In this document: positions 48,401 to 63,400 of the stretch, piece after piece | Layout of the letters: each line of letters begins with the position of its first letter | Position numbering within the stretch: the first letter of the stretch is position 1 | Assembly (NCBI GenBank): GCA_965178125.1 | Contig: OZ237747.1 | Coordinates: forward strand, 868,001-932,000 | Origin: Bilabrum cf. latius | Taxonomy: Eukaryota | Direction of reading: 5' to 3' | Length of the DNA: 64,000 bases | Program-made: the position numbers and the translations under genes | Notes under the pieces: generated by a model | Seen by the model: only the letters and a program-made list of their open reading frames with translations | What the model was told of the DNA's origin: nothing | The model's database searches: none

Positions 48401-51400
48401 CCTCTTTGGCCTCTGCCTCTAGATCCAGCGCTCTAGATGCTGCCTCGCTGGCTGCCATGCGCACATCCCTGGACTCGTCCTCCTGCTGGCGAGCCTCCTC
48501 CCTCTCGCGAGCCATCTGCTCAAGTAGCAACTGCGTTGCAGCCTGTCGCTGCTCTAGTTTCGTCTGGACGCCTTCCAGCTCTACGCGAAGCCCCTTCACC
48601 TATTCCTGCCCGTCTTGAAGAGCAGCGAGGCCCCGCTTCAGCTTACCGGCAGCGGTTGTTATGTTTTTGCGAGACAGCATGATGTACTGACGCATGTGCC
48701 ACGAAGCCTCCAAGAACGCCCGAGGAGTCACATGCACCTGGAACGAGCTGTCGTCTGCGTGAGACACGGAGCGCTGCACCGCGCTCTAAGAAGCGATCGC
48801 AAACGCATCGGCGAGCAAAGATGCAAGTTTCCTCTGCTTATCCTGCGAGATAGGCGAAGCCATGGTTGGCGGTAGGCGCGCAATTTGAGCCGTCCCGAAG
48901 CCTGACTGCGCACTAGCTGGAGCTGCCGGCTACGAAGGTCTATCCTCCTCCTTGCGTTCTGCAGCACCAGCACCTGAGCTAGGGTAATCAACTTCACTGG
49001 CAGATCCAGTCTTCGACGTGGATGGGTCAGCTCTCTTTGCCGCCGAATTCGTTGCTGCCGTTCCACACAGAATTGCTTGCACCGGCGCAACAGCATCGCG
49101 AAGCCCATGCGGTAAATCTAGTTTGGAGTCCAGTACAGCGCCAGCATAGTCAACCAGGGCCGATTTGGGCCACGGCCGTACCCAATCTACCGTAAACTTG
49201 GTGAGCAATGCGGGGCATCTCTGAGCGAAAGCGCTGAGGCTCGCATTGAGCGGGCTGCAACACGCCACTATTCGCAGGTTTTGCCTGAGGCGATGCATAA
49301 AATACTGCTGCAGGACAAGCTCCTGAGGCACGGATTTCTACCCAGATCTAACAGCACCCCCGACCAAGCCGAGCGCCCTTGCATCAGCGAGAAGATTGGG
49401 AGACTGGAGGACAGAGTCGATGTCCTCCTAGCTGAAGATCGTAGCAGAGAAGGACCAAGGATCTGCAGAATCACGAATGCACTGCAACGCTGCGACCGTG
49501 CTGGCTGGCAACTCCCTATTCTGACCACCTACCGACGGGATAGAGATTCGCAATACGCAAGGCCGTGCCGGAGTGAGACCTGCGTGCAACCAGGCAGCGC
49601 GGAAAGCCTTTCGGATCGCATCTGCTGGTGACGCAGAGCTGGAGCGCTCAGAATCGCCATCCTTGGAAGAGTATGACGTGGCGTCATCCGGATCGATCAG
49701 CTTGACGCCGGCGACTAGCGCAGCCATTCGAACGGATGACCTCTTGCCACAGCCTGATGGCCCCACAAGTAGCAGCCGCTTACATGCATCTGGTCTCAGA
49801 TCCTAGTTGGAGCCGTGCTCATCGAGACCCCTAGGATTTATCACCCGGATAATGCGGAATATGTGCCGAGTTGCGTCGCCAAACAGCACGGTCTGCCGCA
49901 GTATGTTCTCGAGGTCGGCCACAACTGACTCTGAATCGCTTGAGGAAGACGCCGCAAGCGTTCTGGGAGCCTGTTTCAAGAACGAAATAGACTCCTCCTC
50001 GGTGCCGAGGCAGATATACGCACTCTTGGGATCATCGACTGCTCTGGAGCTCGCCGAGCCATACCGCGCCGAGCACACGGACGTGTCGGTCGATTGGACA
50101 AACTAAAACGCGTCTACAGCCAAGCGAACCGGCAGGGCTGTGTCAGGGGAAGCATCACCACCGTCTTGCTCGTCAGCACCAGTACTGACTCCAATCGGCG
50201 TGCCAAATTCCCTCTCTGCGATCGACTTCACAAGTGTCGACATGCGGGTGAGCTGCTACTCTGATGCAATCCGGTCAGACAGCTCCCGACTGACCTCATG
50301 GACCCACAAGGCAGGCAACACCGAGCCACTGAGCTGGGCCCCGTCAAGACCCGATGCTTCACCTCCGAAGTCCCCGCCAGAAATAGGCGGAATCGACCCT
50401 CCCCTCGACGTCGCAGCAGAGGCCGGAATGAGCGGAAGGCCAAGCACCTCGGGTTCGTCAGTTGTGCCCTCCGGCTGCATAGCATGGATGCGCTTCACTG
50501 CAGCATCGTGCTGACTAGCGTTGACCCGACAGATTCCATTCACGACTCGCAGCACATCGGACAGTCCTGCATGAGTTTGTGGAAACACCTGCGTGGCCTT
50601 GAATAAGCTCTGATGAGTTCCGAATACCTGAACCACTGCAAGGGCAATCCTAGCCGATGTATCGGAAACAAACGAGGGAGACGCCTGCCAGGTGGACAGA
50701 TGGCCGACCACTCGTGAAGTCAACACGGCCTCCATTGCTGGCTTGGTCGGCTGCGGCAGACCGATTGGGAATAAGTACGGCAGCAGGCGCCGCGCCACCA
50801 GTGCAGACCCGGAAGGTGACGCCCCGCCCACCGCAGTTGTCGAGCATGTCGCAACTATTCCGAGTCCGCTCACACGCTTGAATGCCACGCCAGCTTCCGT
50901 GTTGCGCGCCCAACCGCCGAATGATATGTGCGACCTCAGCAGCTCAGCGTGGGCTTGGGTGCCGTACTTGTCGGCAGCCGGAAGGTGAAGGTCGTCAACA
51001 ATCACTATGCCCCTGCCACCGGCTGCCTGGCGGGCACCCCCCCCACTCGACTTGGCAGCACTGGGGCTAGCAGAAGCAGTGCCCTCTGGATTGGCTGCCA
51101 CCGAGTCTGAATACGAGAAGTATCTGCTTGCAGCGACGGAAGCCGCTGTGGCGGGCGAGTACCCAGTCGAGGCACCTCGGCCTAGAAGTCCCTCCATGGT
51201 GTGCTACAGCGCAACGCTTCCTGTTTGGGCGTGCAACGGCACCACCTGGGCCCAGCAAACATCCTGGCGCTCTCCAGGGCTGCCCCATACGTCAACGCTA
51301 CCGTTCACGATGGCTCGTACTGCAGCGGAGCATGCTTCAGTGTCGGACTCTAGACTCCTACGCATAGCAAGATCCGATGATGCCATTGGATTCGTCAACC

Positions 51401-54400
51401 GGCCGGCAGTAGACGCTCCAAACTCTGCCAGGGGCTACGTCCAACAGTTATCGTTCTCTGGGGTCGTTGTGATGGCACCCGCCTTCCCCCTGCTCCCAGG
51501 GCCGCCCTGCATGGATCGAGCTGACGGCGGCCCGTCAGCGTATCCATCTCGATGCGCAGCGGCACTTCTAGACAAGAAACGGAAGACTACGTCTTGAATG
51601 CGACCAGAGCCGCCACTTGAGGAACCAATGGACCTACCTCCGAGCCGCCTGGAATCCAAGGAGATGTCCTCTACCGCCATGAGCCCATCATCTCCTGCGC
51701 CGCTACTCTAACTCGTGTCGCTGAAGGACACAGAGTTGCCAGCCGCAAGCGCGAACGCAGTGATGCCGCTATTCGAAGGACCTGCAGCCAGTACTGGGAA
51801 TCCACGCGCAACGAGAAGCTGTGCGGCACGAAGCCTTGAAGACCTAGTCGGGAATGGCAGAAAGGACAGCTTCTCGCCAGTGTAGCTAGCAGCTCCGATG
51901 GAGGGAAGCACGTCGGCGTATCTGGCACGGTCGTACTTGCCTGGGTTGCGGCGCCTTCGCAAGCAAGCTGCAGCCACGGCCTACTGCACTGCAGCGACTT
52001 CAGCAGCGGACAACACAGACTGACCGGATAGATTTTTCCAGTGAGCCAGTGCAATCGACACATCAGCCGCGGGAATCCACGCCGTGCCTGCAGCCGGTGA
52101 AGGCACGTACTGCTGCCGATCAGATCCCGATCCCGCGCTTGCAGCACTAGATTGGCGAGCTTCCGGCACGGCTGCATTCGGGTCATGCACAGGTACATAC
52201 GCCAGGACGGAGTTGAACTCTCGAAGCTCCGACGAGGAGCCATCGACTGCGCCCGCAGCACTAGCACCGCCTGATGCAGACCGCACCGTGTCCCTGAGGC
52301 ATTCGGCCAGGCAGTTGATTGATTCGGCCAATGCATCCACATGGGCACCCTGGGGCGGCTCGCCGCCTCGCTTCGTTGCTTGCGCTGCGAAGAAGGAACC
52401 GGAGTTAAGCAGCATCCTGGTGAACGCCAACTCGTCAGACAGATCCCCAAACATGGTTTCGACTTGACTGGCCACGTCTCCGCTGCCACCACCAGCTCCG
52501 GCGGACGCGTCACCAGGCGGCACGCCGCTGGATCTGCTTGATCCGCTGGAGCTCGGGTAAGCGCTTCCAAGGGCACCGCCGAGGCCCCATATCGTCGCGT
52601 AGACAGACAGGTTGGTTGCCTTGCCCTGCAGCTCGGCAAGCGTAATGTCTGATTCAGTTGAAACCTGCGACTCAGCAGGCTTGTCGTCTGACCGGCCCGA
52701 CTGAGCCTTTGCCGATTGAGCGGCGTCTTCGCTGCCGTATGCAGCCAGCTTGGCACCAACATTAGCATCAACAAGCCCTGCAGCCAGCATTGACAACACT
52801 CGTTGCACAAGCACCCGCATAGTTCCCTCGGTGGAAGCCGCACCGGTCGCGCTGTGTCTGAACAGGCCAAGGCCTGGCACCTTCTCAAAGATGTGCTCAA
52901 TCAGCACATGCACCGTCAGCTCGCACCAATGTGCTAGTCCAGATGCCAACCGAGCCGGTGCCCCTACTGCACACCAGCTGCGCTCCATTTGCAAGCAAAA
53001 TGATCGCAGGGTGTCCTACCAGGTCACCGCGTTTGACGGGAGGTACACGATGCCGCAACGCGAGACGGTCGCAGGGGTCGCATTCTCGAGGGAAGAGGTC
53101 TCTATCAGAATGCGCTGCGCAGGGTGCAGCTCGATTCTCTCTCTAGACGGCAGCACCAGCGTCTTGGTATCGTCCATGACTGAGTTCAAGTCTTCGATCC
53201 AGTCAGCGTCCACGGTGCCATCCAGCACCAGCAATCGGGACCAGGGCCCTTGTGTTGAAGAGGCCTCGCCAGCACTGAGCTCGGCTGCATGGCTCCGTAC
53301 GTACGCCGTCAACTGACCATCAGACCAGTCCCCGCTGGCATCAAGCTTGCCATACAGGCTGTCGCTAATCATAGACTTTGGTAAAACCGTCGATGCCATC
53401 TGCTGAATGTACTTGACAGCAGCCAAGGGCATCTTTCCTTGGGACTCTGCTGCTTGAATGCCGGTCTTGGCTACCATGAGTCTCCACACGGAAGTCTTGC
53501 CGCATGAGGGCTCGCCAAGAATAATGTTTGCGTGCCTAATGCCCATCAGCTGAGAGAGCCTGTCGACTCCAGTCATGAATGCGGACCCCGTCTGCAAGCC
53601 AAGGGCAGCCGCTGCAGTGCGGACCGGCGACGACGAGTCCTAGTCTGCCGCGGCGAAGACAGCACCGGACTGAGACATCGGCGAAGACATCGATTGAGGG
53701 ATGGACGAGATCTGCGGAAATAGCTCTTCGATCAGGCGATTGAACACGCTGACATCTCCGCTGCCGCCGTCCAAACGAGGCGAGTAGGTCACCCTGACCG
53801 ACTTGACAAGGGCCTCCACCTCTGCATCCTCGCCCTGACCGTCCCCACGCAACTCAGCTGCATAGGTGAGGCAACCCTTCAGGGCTCGCAGCCCCCAATC
53901 ATACCTGTTGCGGGGCACGAGGGCCCGGGAAGCGAGCTGCACCAGACGTACGAGTCTCTTGGACAGATCTTGCGCGAGCGAGAATCCGAGCGAGAGCAAT
54001 ATGTTGGCAGAGATTGCTTCCAGATCAGGCCGAACCATAGCGCATGGTCTGAAGAGAGCAGACACGTTCTGTGGCAGGTCCACGCGCCCGGCATAACCAG
54101 GATTCATGGTGATGAACGCACTAGTAGTTGGCTGGATGCGAGACTCGATCGTTGCGAACCGCGCCCTGGGTACATCCTCTGACAGCCAATGGCGGACAGT
54201 GGCTGGTGCTTTGAGGCCACCATCGTCTGGTCTACCTGGCCGTGGCGATGCTGCTGAGTCAACACTATGACCACTGCGCGGTCGAGCGGCCAGTACTTGC
54301 CGCAAAACTGCCTGCAGCGTTCGAAGCACTTCAGCCACAGAACTAAGCACGGAGGCGTTGATGCGATTGAACTCATCGAAACAAGCCCAGCCACCGTTGC

Positions 54401-57400
54401 TTGCGACAGTGCGCAGCACGGATGCTACGTTACCGGCCGTCGTCTGCGGACCGCAGTTGGTCACTACGACGGGGAGCATGAGGGTCCTTCCGAGGTCCTT
54501 CACCGTCTCAGTCTTTCCAGTCCCGGCGGGTCCTGCAGGGGCACTACCGAGGCCTAGGAGCACGGCTTGCGAAAACGTGAGGTAGGCGCGGTCTGTCAAC
54601 GGAGTCACCACTAGTCGAGGGCAGGCACCGTAGAATTCGCAGCCCAGTCCCATGGAGAGACCTGCGATCTGCAACTTGAACGATCCTTCGCATCCAGTTC
54701 CGAGTGCTTCGCCCCCGTCACCATCCGACCCACGATCATGGCCAGCATGCCGGCCGCTATTGCCTTGGGCCTCGGTATCAGGGTACATTCGCAGCTGGCT
54801 CTGCCACTACCACATGCGGGTGCTAGCTGGTACTTGCGATTCGGAAGAGTCAGAGGTAGCTAGCTTGCCTAGAGCCTACGCTGGATCTGCAAGGCCGTCT
54901 GGAGGAGATACTTCGCTGCTAGACGCGGAAGCTGAGCTTATTCCCTGAACCGCTCGCATGATTCCTTCCGTGACTTCGAGCCAATGCACGTCTAGCGTGA
55001 TCTGTAGAGCAAGCTTGCGCCTGTCTGACTTCTTAAGCGTACTTTTTCTTACCGACTGCACCAGCACATCGAGGCCTCCTCGAATGGCTTCAATGCAGTC
55101 ATGCATCGGCTTCGGGCTGCCCTAGTCTGTGGTAGCGAGCGCCGTCTCCACTGCGTTGGTCCAAACGGCGTGTGACGCAGCCAATACCGACTGTGCGCCG
55201 TGGCTTGCAACCCAGTCGCCCCGGGCTGACAAGTCTCCACTCTCTGCCCAGGGATGGGCGGCTTCCAACGCCGTTTCGCAGGCGCTGGCAAGTTCATTAC
55301 GCATGTGGTATTCTGACGAAGCCAGCCAAGCTTCCAACGGACTACCAGTGGTCAAAGACGGATCGCTCGCAGAAGAAGAATTGAACATCAGAATCTCTGA
55401 GTCCGGGGACTGCATGCCGGTCAGCCTGTGGATGTGCATCTCATCTCCATCGGCAGACCTCGGTACTTCGCCTTCATCAGGTTCTATCTTTTCCACGAGC
55501 AGCTTAGAGAGACCTGGGAAGCACCACCGAGCAAACTCCGAGGCGAGCGGCAGAGCATGCCCGCAGGCAAGCAGCTTCAGCAGCTACGAATCGGGCAGGA
55601 AGCAGAGCCTGGGTGACTCTGCTCGCCTCTCTTCCAGGTACGCCCGCAAAGCAGCTTGGCACTCCTCAAGTGTAGCAAGGAGCGATTCCAGTCTGTCTAG
55701 TCGCCCTTGCCCGGCACAGCACCGCACCGCCACGGGATCGCGTGAGCAATCAATCACGTACGACTTGTACTCGTTGTCAACGACCGTAAACTCCTGCGCG
55801 GCTTCGGGAAGCGCGTCAGCAACGGTCGATACTTTGCCCTCGCCCTGAGAAGAAGGGCTGAAAACACCTACCATGGAGGCCCAAAGCTGTTGCACGCGGA
55901 CCCACACCTCGATCACGTTGCCGATCGAAGCCAGTTGCTCGAACAGGCTTTCAATCGGTTCGCGGAACGGCGCCGCGTGTGCTTTCTGAGCCTGCATGGC
56001 TCCAAGCTCTGACAAATCGTCCTCAGCTTTGTCTCGAACCGTCTCCGACGAAACGAGGATCCACACGGCGTCGGCGCTGATATCTTGCAGATCCGAGCCG
56101 TCATCAGCTGCAGGCTTGTTCGATTTATCGATGCCACCACCGGTAGCAATACTCCCCAACTCGTCTGCAGACACGCTAAGCAGCTTGAGGGGAGCGGTGC
56201 TCCAATACTCCTGTATGGCAGACAGCCTTCTCTCGATGCGTATCTCCTTCTTCGCTCCGTCCACGATGCCGAGGGCCTGGGTGGAGAAAGAGTGCAGCCG
56301 AAGCTGGAGCACATCTCCTAGGCGCAGATTCTTCCTCATCGTGTCGTCGGCCAGTATCGCATACGTACGGTTGGCAGCTATATCGACGGATCCGTCTCCG
56401 ACAACACTAGCGTGTGCGCTGCCCATGCGCTGCAGACCGCTCACCATAGAACTACCTCCGCCTCCCAGACCAACAACGTGAGACCCGAACTCGTCAAGGC
56501 CAGCAATCGACCGTTGGCCGCCAGCATCAGACGGCTCCTGGAGCGCATAACATATCACATCGCCCAGTATTCCATCGGATGATAGCTTGAAGTCGACCAT
56601 CGCGAGCTGACCCAGGGAAGCCTGCGCCCGCTAGACTAGCTGCTGCCAATGGCGCTGCTTGATGGCCTCACCACGCAGATCGCTGCAGATCGGCAGCGAT
56701 TTCTGCATGAGATTCACCATCTTGTCCACGCTCTTTTTCACGGGCCATCTCTTGGATGACGCAGGGAGCTTCCTCAGAATCTGCGAGGTCTGCTTCAGGG
56801 TCATCATGCTGGTACCGAAATCGAAGGTCTCGAAGGCCTGGTCGGCCCAAGACGAGTACTGGTTCGCCAACGAGACGAGTGAGTCCCAGCAAAGCTTGTT
56901 TCCTCTCAGCTGAGCGGCACAATCGTTCAATTGTTCGGCTCCTATCGATGCGAGCTCCTCTGCCGAAATGAGACGCCCGGCACCAGCTTCTTCACTGCCG
57001 ACAGTACCGGTATCATCCTGTGGCTGCCTTGGCCCCCCACCATTGCCCTTTCTCTCCCCGGACTGCCCATCATCCTGCAGTACAGCGTCAAAGAGGCGTT
57101 TCTTCGCACTGAGGTCCTTGGCCTCTTCAAGCATCGATCTTAGATCTTCGTTCAAAGAGCCAAGCCGGCTGTACGCCCAGTCCGCGGCAAAACTGACAGA
57201 TTCAGGTGCAAGCAGCTCTTCGATACCGATTGAGTCCTGCGTATCGAAGCTGTTCCCAGTCACGCCAATGATGTCACCGATATCGTCCAGGCTAGCTCCG
57301 CCCTGCCCGAGCCCGACGCTTGCTGAGCTGACGCTGCCGTCCTGGCCTGCACCCGCGGCTCGTTCATCTTCGCTGTCAGCCTACGCCTTAGTTCGCATCG

Positions 57401-60400
57401 CAACGGCAAGGGCGGGACCAAGACTATGCGGTATTTCTCGGTCAAGCCGCACCTTAAATCTTACCACAGTTTCCTTGAATGCCATCACTTCAGCTCGCAA
57501 GCTTCCTAGCAGCTACTGTGATCGGGACTGCAGCCTCTTTCCGACCGCGGTCCCGGCATCGGTCACCAGAGTCCACTTCGAAGCCAGGTCGTTCAGCAGG
57601 TCAATGATGGGAGCCCTCATGGGATCCTGGGACACGAGCTGGAGGAGCTCAGCCTGTGCGACGCCGGAGCTGCCGAGAGCCAGCTGGCTCGCGTCGCTTC
57701 CAGGCTTCTGTTGCGCATCTCCAGCATCGCCAGCACTGTCATCTGCACCGTCATCAATCGCATCAACGACGCCATCGGTGGCACTATCTACCATGTTGCG
57801 GGCCATTGCAGCAATGGAAGGCAGCAGAGACGGCGTCAGTGGGATTTCTACCGACTCCAGCTCGAGCCAATCTGCGGCACCGTGGGATGCAAGCAGCTGC
57901 GAGAAATCAACCAGGGATTGGCATGCCCGTTGCACGGGGGCAGCAAGGCTGCGGATGTCTCGCACGGCCGCAAGCACCCGAATGAGTGCAGTGCGGTGCC
58001 TTTGCGTTTCAAAGGCAAGGGCTGCCGCTGCAAACTGACCCGTGGTGGTCCCCCCCTCGGCAAACTCAGCTACCTCCCGCTCCAGAATATGCTAGGCGAT
58101 ACCAGCTCCAACACGTTCCAGTACCACCCCATGCGATACGAGCACACCAAGTTCTGCAGTATCAGCTGCAATAGCCGGCTGAGACCAGCCGAGGGACTAG
58201 AACTCGTCGGCCGCTCCACCCAGCTCGCCTTCCTGCGCCGACTAGCCCTCCATGCCAGCATCTTGCCCAGCACCTTGTAGACCTTCCTCTGGATTTTCAC
58301 GTTCGTCGTCCGACGAATCATCGTCAAGCGCCCCCTCATTCACGCCAAACAGGCTCCAGCCGTGCGCCTTAAAGGAAGCGTCGACAGTCGCGGCGAATGC
58401 CTCAAACCAGGCAAGCCGTCTCAAAATGAAGGCCTAGCCTACAGCCAGCAGAGCAGCCTTTTGCTGCGAGAGACGCTCCACAATGCCTTGTCGCATTTCT
58501 CCAAGCTCTACTTGCACGATGCCGACGGGAATGTTGGCCGCCATGTCCTTGACTGACTTGAGCTGCCTTTCGATGCGAATGAACTCGTCATTGAAACCCG
58601 GCATGTCTGGCTCCAGTAATAGATTACCGCACACGTAGTCAAAGCTGCGCTAGGCTGCCTGCATCTGAGCCACGGCTTCCTGGGACGATGCCTTGCCAAG
58701 CAGTTTGGACGAAAGAGGCTCAGCTGGCAGCCACTGGGTGCCCTCTGCCAAAATTGCATGTTGTCCCCCGGAATCAGCAAGCTGCTCGGCTGGCATCTCT
58801 GATGAAATTACGAAATCCATTCCCTCCAGGGTCGCCGCTTCTTTCTCCAAATGAGATGCTGCAAGAGCAGGAAGGCTGTGGAAGGCCACAGCACCAGGCA
58901 GCAGCGAGGCAACGGTGGCCTTGCTAAACCTCCCACCGCCGCTTTGCTAGAACGTGAGACTGGTTGCCATCTCTGCAGCGTTATCTACCGTTTGCTAAAC
59001 ATCTGACCGAAGCGATCGAAGCTCCTCATCAAGCGATTTTGGCCTGCTGTCCAGGCTCGTCATTTGTCGTTTCGGCTGCGGTATTGAGACCCCGCCGGAA
59101 TCCTGCTTGAGTCCGAGCTGCGACCGGACCTGGGCCCCTTCGCGCAGGCGAACCGACAGGACGACCACAGAGCTTGCGCCTACATGCTTCGTCTTCAGTG
59201 GCAGCGGAAGCATGCGATCGATTCCGCTGGATCCACCGATCGACCTCGCCGTTCCAGGTAGTGCCTAGGCCTGCTGCTGGTGCTGAGCCTGCCTGGCAAA
59301 CCCAACTGTGCCGCTCTTGCGCAATGGTGACGATGCAGCCCCTGCACCTCCTCCAAAGCGAACGCTTTTCGATCTCTTTCCCTTCGATTTACCGCCCTTC
59401 TTTGACCCCTACCTTCTGCCATCCTGGCGTTCGGGCTCGGCAGGCTGAGCAGCAGCAGGCACGAAGCCAAGGCGAACCACAGCTGCAGCGTACTCTCCGA
59501 TAGACACGGACCAAGCCCCTGAGAACGCCAAGCAGGACCTGCGGATATCTTCTAGTCGCCTCGCGAGAGCTGTGTGCGAACGCTTTACAGCAGCCTGCGC
59601 TGCAAACACCTCCGGAGACGTCTGTACATCGCGAGTGAAATTACCTGCCAGAGCAGCTCTCCGCGCCATCATCGGGTCTGTCACATGTGGAACGACAGAT
59701 GCGATACGCATCACGTGCTCCACCCACGACTCGACGTACTACCGCAACGACTTGCGCGAAGAGTCAGGCTTCTGGGTAGACAGAGAATACTTCAACGCCT
59801 CGTGCTCTTCAGAACCCCGGCCCTGAAGGGTGGGCAAGGCTGCAGCCGCGTTGGCGACGACTGAAGCGCACTCGTCCGCCGACACCCTGGACACGAACGA
59901 TTCTGCTGCATAATCAACGGCCGAATCAAAGTCTAGGGTCGGGGTAAACTGCGCAAATGACAGGGCGATAACTTCTGCCATGTCCTCGGCGGAGGAGCCG
60001 CGCTGCACGTCATGCACAGAGTGGCGAGATCGCAGCTGCTGCCTGGTCTATTCGATAAACTTGCTGCGCATGGTTCGGTCCTTGGGCAGCGATTTCACGT
60101 CGGAATCAGCCGCCCTGAGAATGGCCTTTGCAACTCCAGTTGCCACGCTCGAGTAGCGTTCCTGATTCTGCAGCAGAGCCACACGAATCATCGCGGCTGA
60201 AGCGGACCGCCCTTGGCTCCACTGGCTCTGGCCGTAGTCGGAATCCGACCAAGCCGCAGAGCCGCTGCGACCCTCCCTGCCAGCTTCAATCTGGGCCTCT
60301 GCAGACGCGACGGCCCCCTTCACATCGCGCTCGGCGGTGAACCCAAGCAGCAGTTTCTGCAAATCGCCCAGGTGCCTAACAATGGCACGCACTACGCCAG

Positions 60401-63400
60401 AGAACACAAGAGCATCGACATAGCTGCAGAAATCGTGCCACGCCGGCGGGGCTCGAGCAAGCTTCAGCTCCTTCGGAAGTTCACCGAGGACACGCTGCAC
60501 CACGCGGGAACCGTCTGCAATTACCTGCAGTCGCTGCTGCCACAAGCGCTGCAGCCCGCCGTCGAGCTGCTGGAAGCTAGTAGGGAAAGCTTGTTCGTGA
60601 GTCCCATCATCACTCTACGGAAATCCATCATCCCCGTCGCCAGCCTGCGGCCGCCCCAGCTCAACTTGCAGCATGCCATCGTCGTCGAATGGGAAGAAGG
60701 GCTCATCGTGCCACCTGGATACGATCCCAGCAATCTTTGTGAGCCCACTAATGAGCACGCGCTGCCTATCTTCAACCTGTTTCGCAGCTGCTTCGGCCTC
60801 TGCCAAGAAAGCGTCTACACCAGGGCTATTCCAAGTGAGTGAGGTTAGCCCGGGAGTAATGGCGGCTTCAAAAAGTGCAACCGATTGCTCCATCAGCGGT
60901 GCAACCACCTGGGGAGTCTCGTGTCGAATTCGGTTGGCTGTGTCTGCAACCAGGCTTAGCCTGGCTTGGTACTTGCGGACCTGCTGGTCTCTGCGATAGA
61001 CCCCCGCCGCCGTGCGAGGGATATCAAGACCGAGCTGCAGCAGATATCGGCTTTCCCGTAATAGGGCCTCCAGCCCTGCGTGTAGATTGACGTGGAGCCG
61101 GTCGCTCGGGGCACTGGACTCGGGTGCAACAGACGCGCCTCTGGCTGTTCCGGGGGGTCCTCGCGCACTGCGTGCGAGCGATGTGGCTTCATCTAAGGCG
61201 TCTTCCATCGTGGAGGTGGCCAAGGCAATGCCGAGCAAGCCATCCGAAGGCAGAGCATCCATGCCAGCATCTCCGAAGCGCTATCTCCAAACCAGCAGTC
61301 GCTTCTCTAGCTGCTCCTGAACGCTCTCCTCAAGGCTGAGCGCCCAAGCCCTTGCCGTGTCTTTCTGCAGCTTGGTCAGTTTCCTCGACAGATCAGCGTG
61401 ATCTGCAAGCGCGTTCTGCATCTCGTCCTGGTGGACACTAGCGGGAATGAGCCCTTTCAGTGGCAGCACCAGCACGTCTACGCGCTGCTGCAAGGTCTAG
61501 CTCCAGACGATCCGGCCGGCTGTGGGTGGCATATTCGCGGGAATCACCACGGCGTAGCTGTCCTCACCGGGGGCCTGCTTGAGACCCCCTTCCACAGCGG
61601 ATGACGCCGCTGCAGACACGACACCAGATCGGCTCCTCACAACCTCCTTCTAGCCTGCGATTGGCACATCCCTTGCTGGTGCGTCCTTGCCGGGTACGGA
61701 CCCTGTGGCGAGCCCGATCCGCAGCTCGGCGGCGGTTCGCCTGACCTCTTCATGAACGTTCTCGATGAGGTTCTTCAGCGGGGCCCTGGCCTCTTTGAGG
61801 ACCTCTTCGCGATGCAGCATGGGCGAGAAGAGGTCAACCAGCCGGATCTACGACTGGAGGCTGTCCTGCGCAGACGCGAGGGCCAGGCGCAGCACCGATC
61901 CGAGCCTGCGACCCAGATCCGCTACGGAGGCCCGAAACCCAGTGAGGCTGATCCGCCAGGCGTCGTCCATATCGATATCCATAGGATCATACGGCAGCTG
62001 CTACAGCGAGTTGAGAGCCTGCATGAAGTCAGAGTGGATGGTAGACAGCGAAGCACCGAGGACTCGGCCCCGCGCTCCGCCGGTGCTCATCGTTCGGATG
62101 GGCGAGAACTGGCTGACGGTGTCGGCCACTTCGCGGAGCTCCCTTGCGCGCTGTGCCATTGCATCCAGGCGCGCGAACAGCGCAGTTGCTTGGAATCGCC
62201 ACGCAGCATCAGGCACCTCAAACACGGACCTTGCCTTGTAGTCAAAGTACACAGACCGGAAGCGCGCACAGAGCCCGAGGACCTGTTCCATCGCCTCTTG
62301 CGCCTTGGTCGCTTCCTAATCCCCCAGCAGCTGCACGCCGCGTGTCGCCCTGGTGCAGACTCGGATGATAGCGTTGCTGATCTGCCGGAAGAGTACCACC
62401 ACGCGAAGCGGTCGGCGGTAGGTTCCCTCGCCGTACTTCCATGCCAGCTGCACGATGTGCACGATGGGGCGGAGCAACTCCTCCGCCTGGCCAGTGCTGC
62501 TGGCGGCCTCAAGTTGCTCGGCCCAGGGCCGCAGCGGCTCCAGCAGCTTGGCAATCTTACGAGCGGTGTCACGGGACCTGATCAGCTCAGCGCAGAGCCG
62601 TCCAAACGAGGACTCGTAGGCAGATCTCGCCTTGGCGAGCACCTACAGGACCCGCCTCGCCCTCGGGCTGGCTAGTTGCTCTACGATCGCGTCGAGCCTC
62701 ACGACCTGACCCGCCCAGAAATCCAGCTCGAAGGACGGTCCTGGGTGCCTGCGACGGTCACAGCACGGTGGCAGCCCCACGTCCAGCATGGGGGCGCCTT
62801 CAGGAACGTTCTCTCCCTCGGGCTCCCTTCGGAGCACCCTGTGAATGGCCCTCGTCCAAGACAGCACCACCTGCTCCAGCACGTGGACGATCTGCCGGCG
62901 TCTCGACTTGCTCGACTTCTTGCCTGGCTGCGTGGCACTGCTCGCAGTGGAACCCATCGATGGCACGGGGTTGCGGGCAGGTTCCATCCCGCGAGACGGG
63001 CCGCCAAAGGCACCCGCGCTGCCGTGGATGGGGGGAAGCGTAGGCACCCGGGAGGAAGTCGACGGTGACGGTGCTGGCTGCCGGTTGCCCGCCCATGCGC
63101 CACCGCGGACAGCCTCGCTGAACGTGGGGCTGGCTGCAGAAGCCATAGACACAGACTCGCTGCCGTCACCGCCGGCCTCTCCGGTCGCTAGATCGAAGAG
63201 AACGTCCGGGGAATCCGGCATGGACAGAGGCTCCCTGCCCTGCGTGCGGCCTAGCGCAGTGTCCAGGGATTGCGCAGCCACTTCCGCCTGTCTCACCACC
63301 TGCGCCCCTAGTGCCGTGCTCCAGGTGCTCCTGTTCTTGCGATTGCGCAGAAGGGGCAAATACACCCGGCTGGTGACGAGCTATAGCTGCTGCAGGGCGG

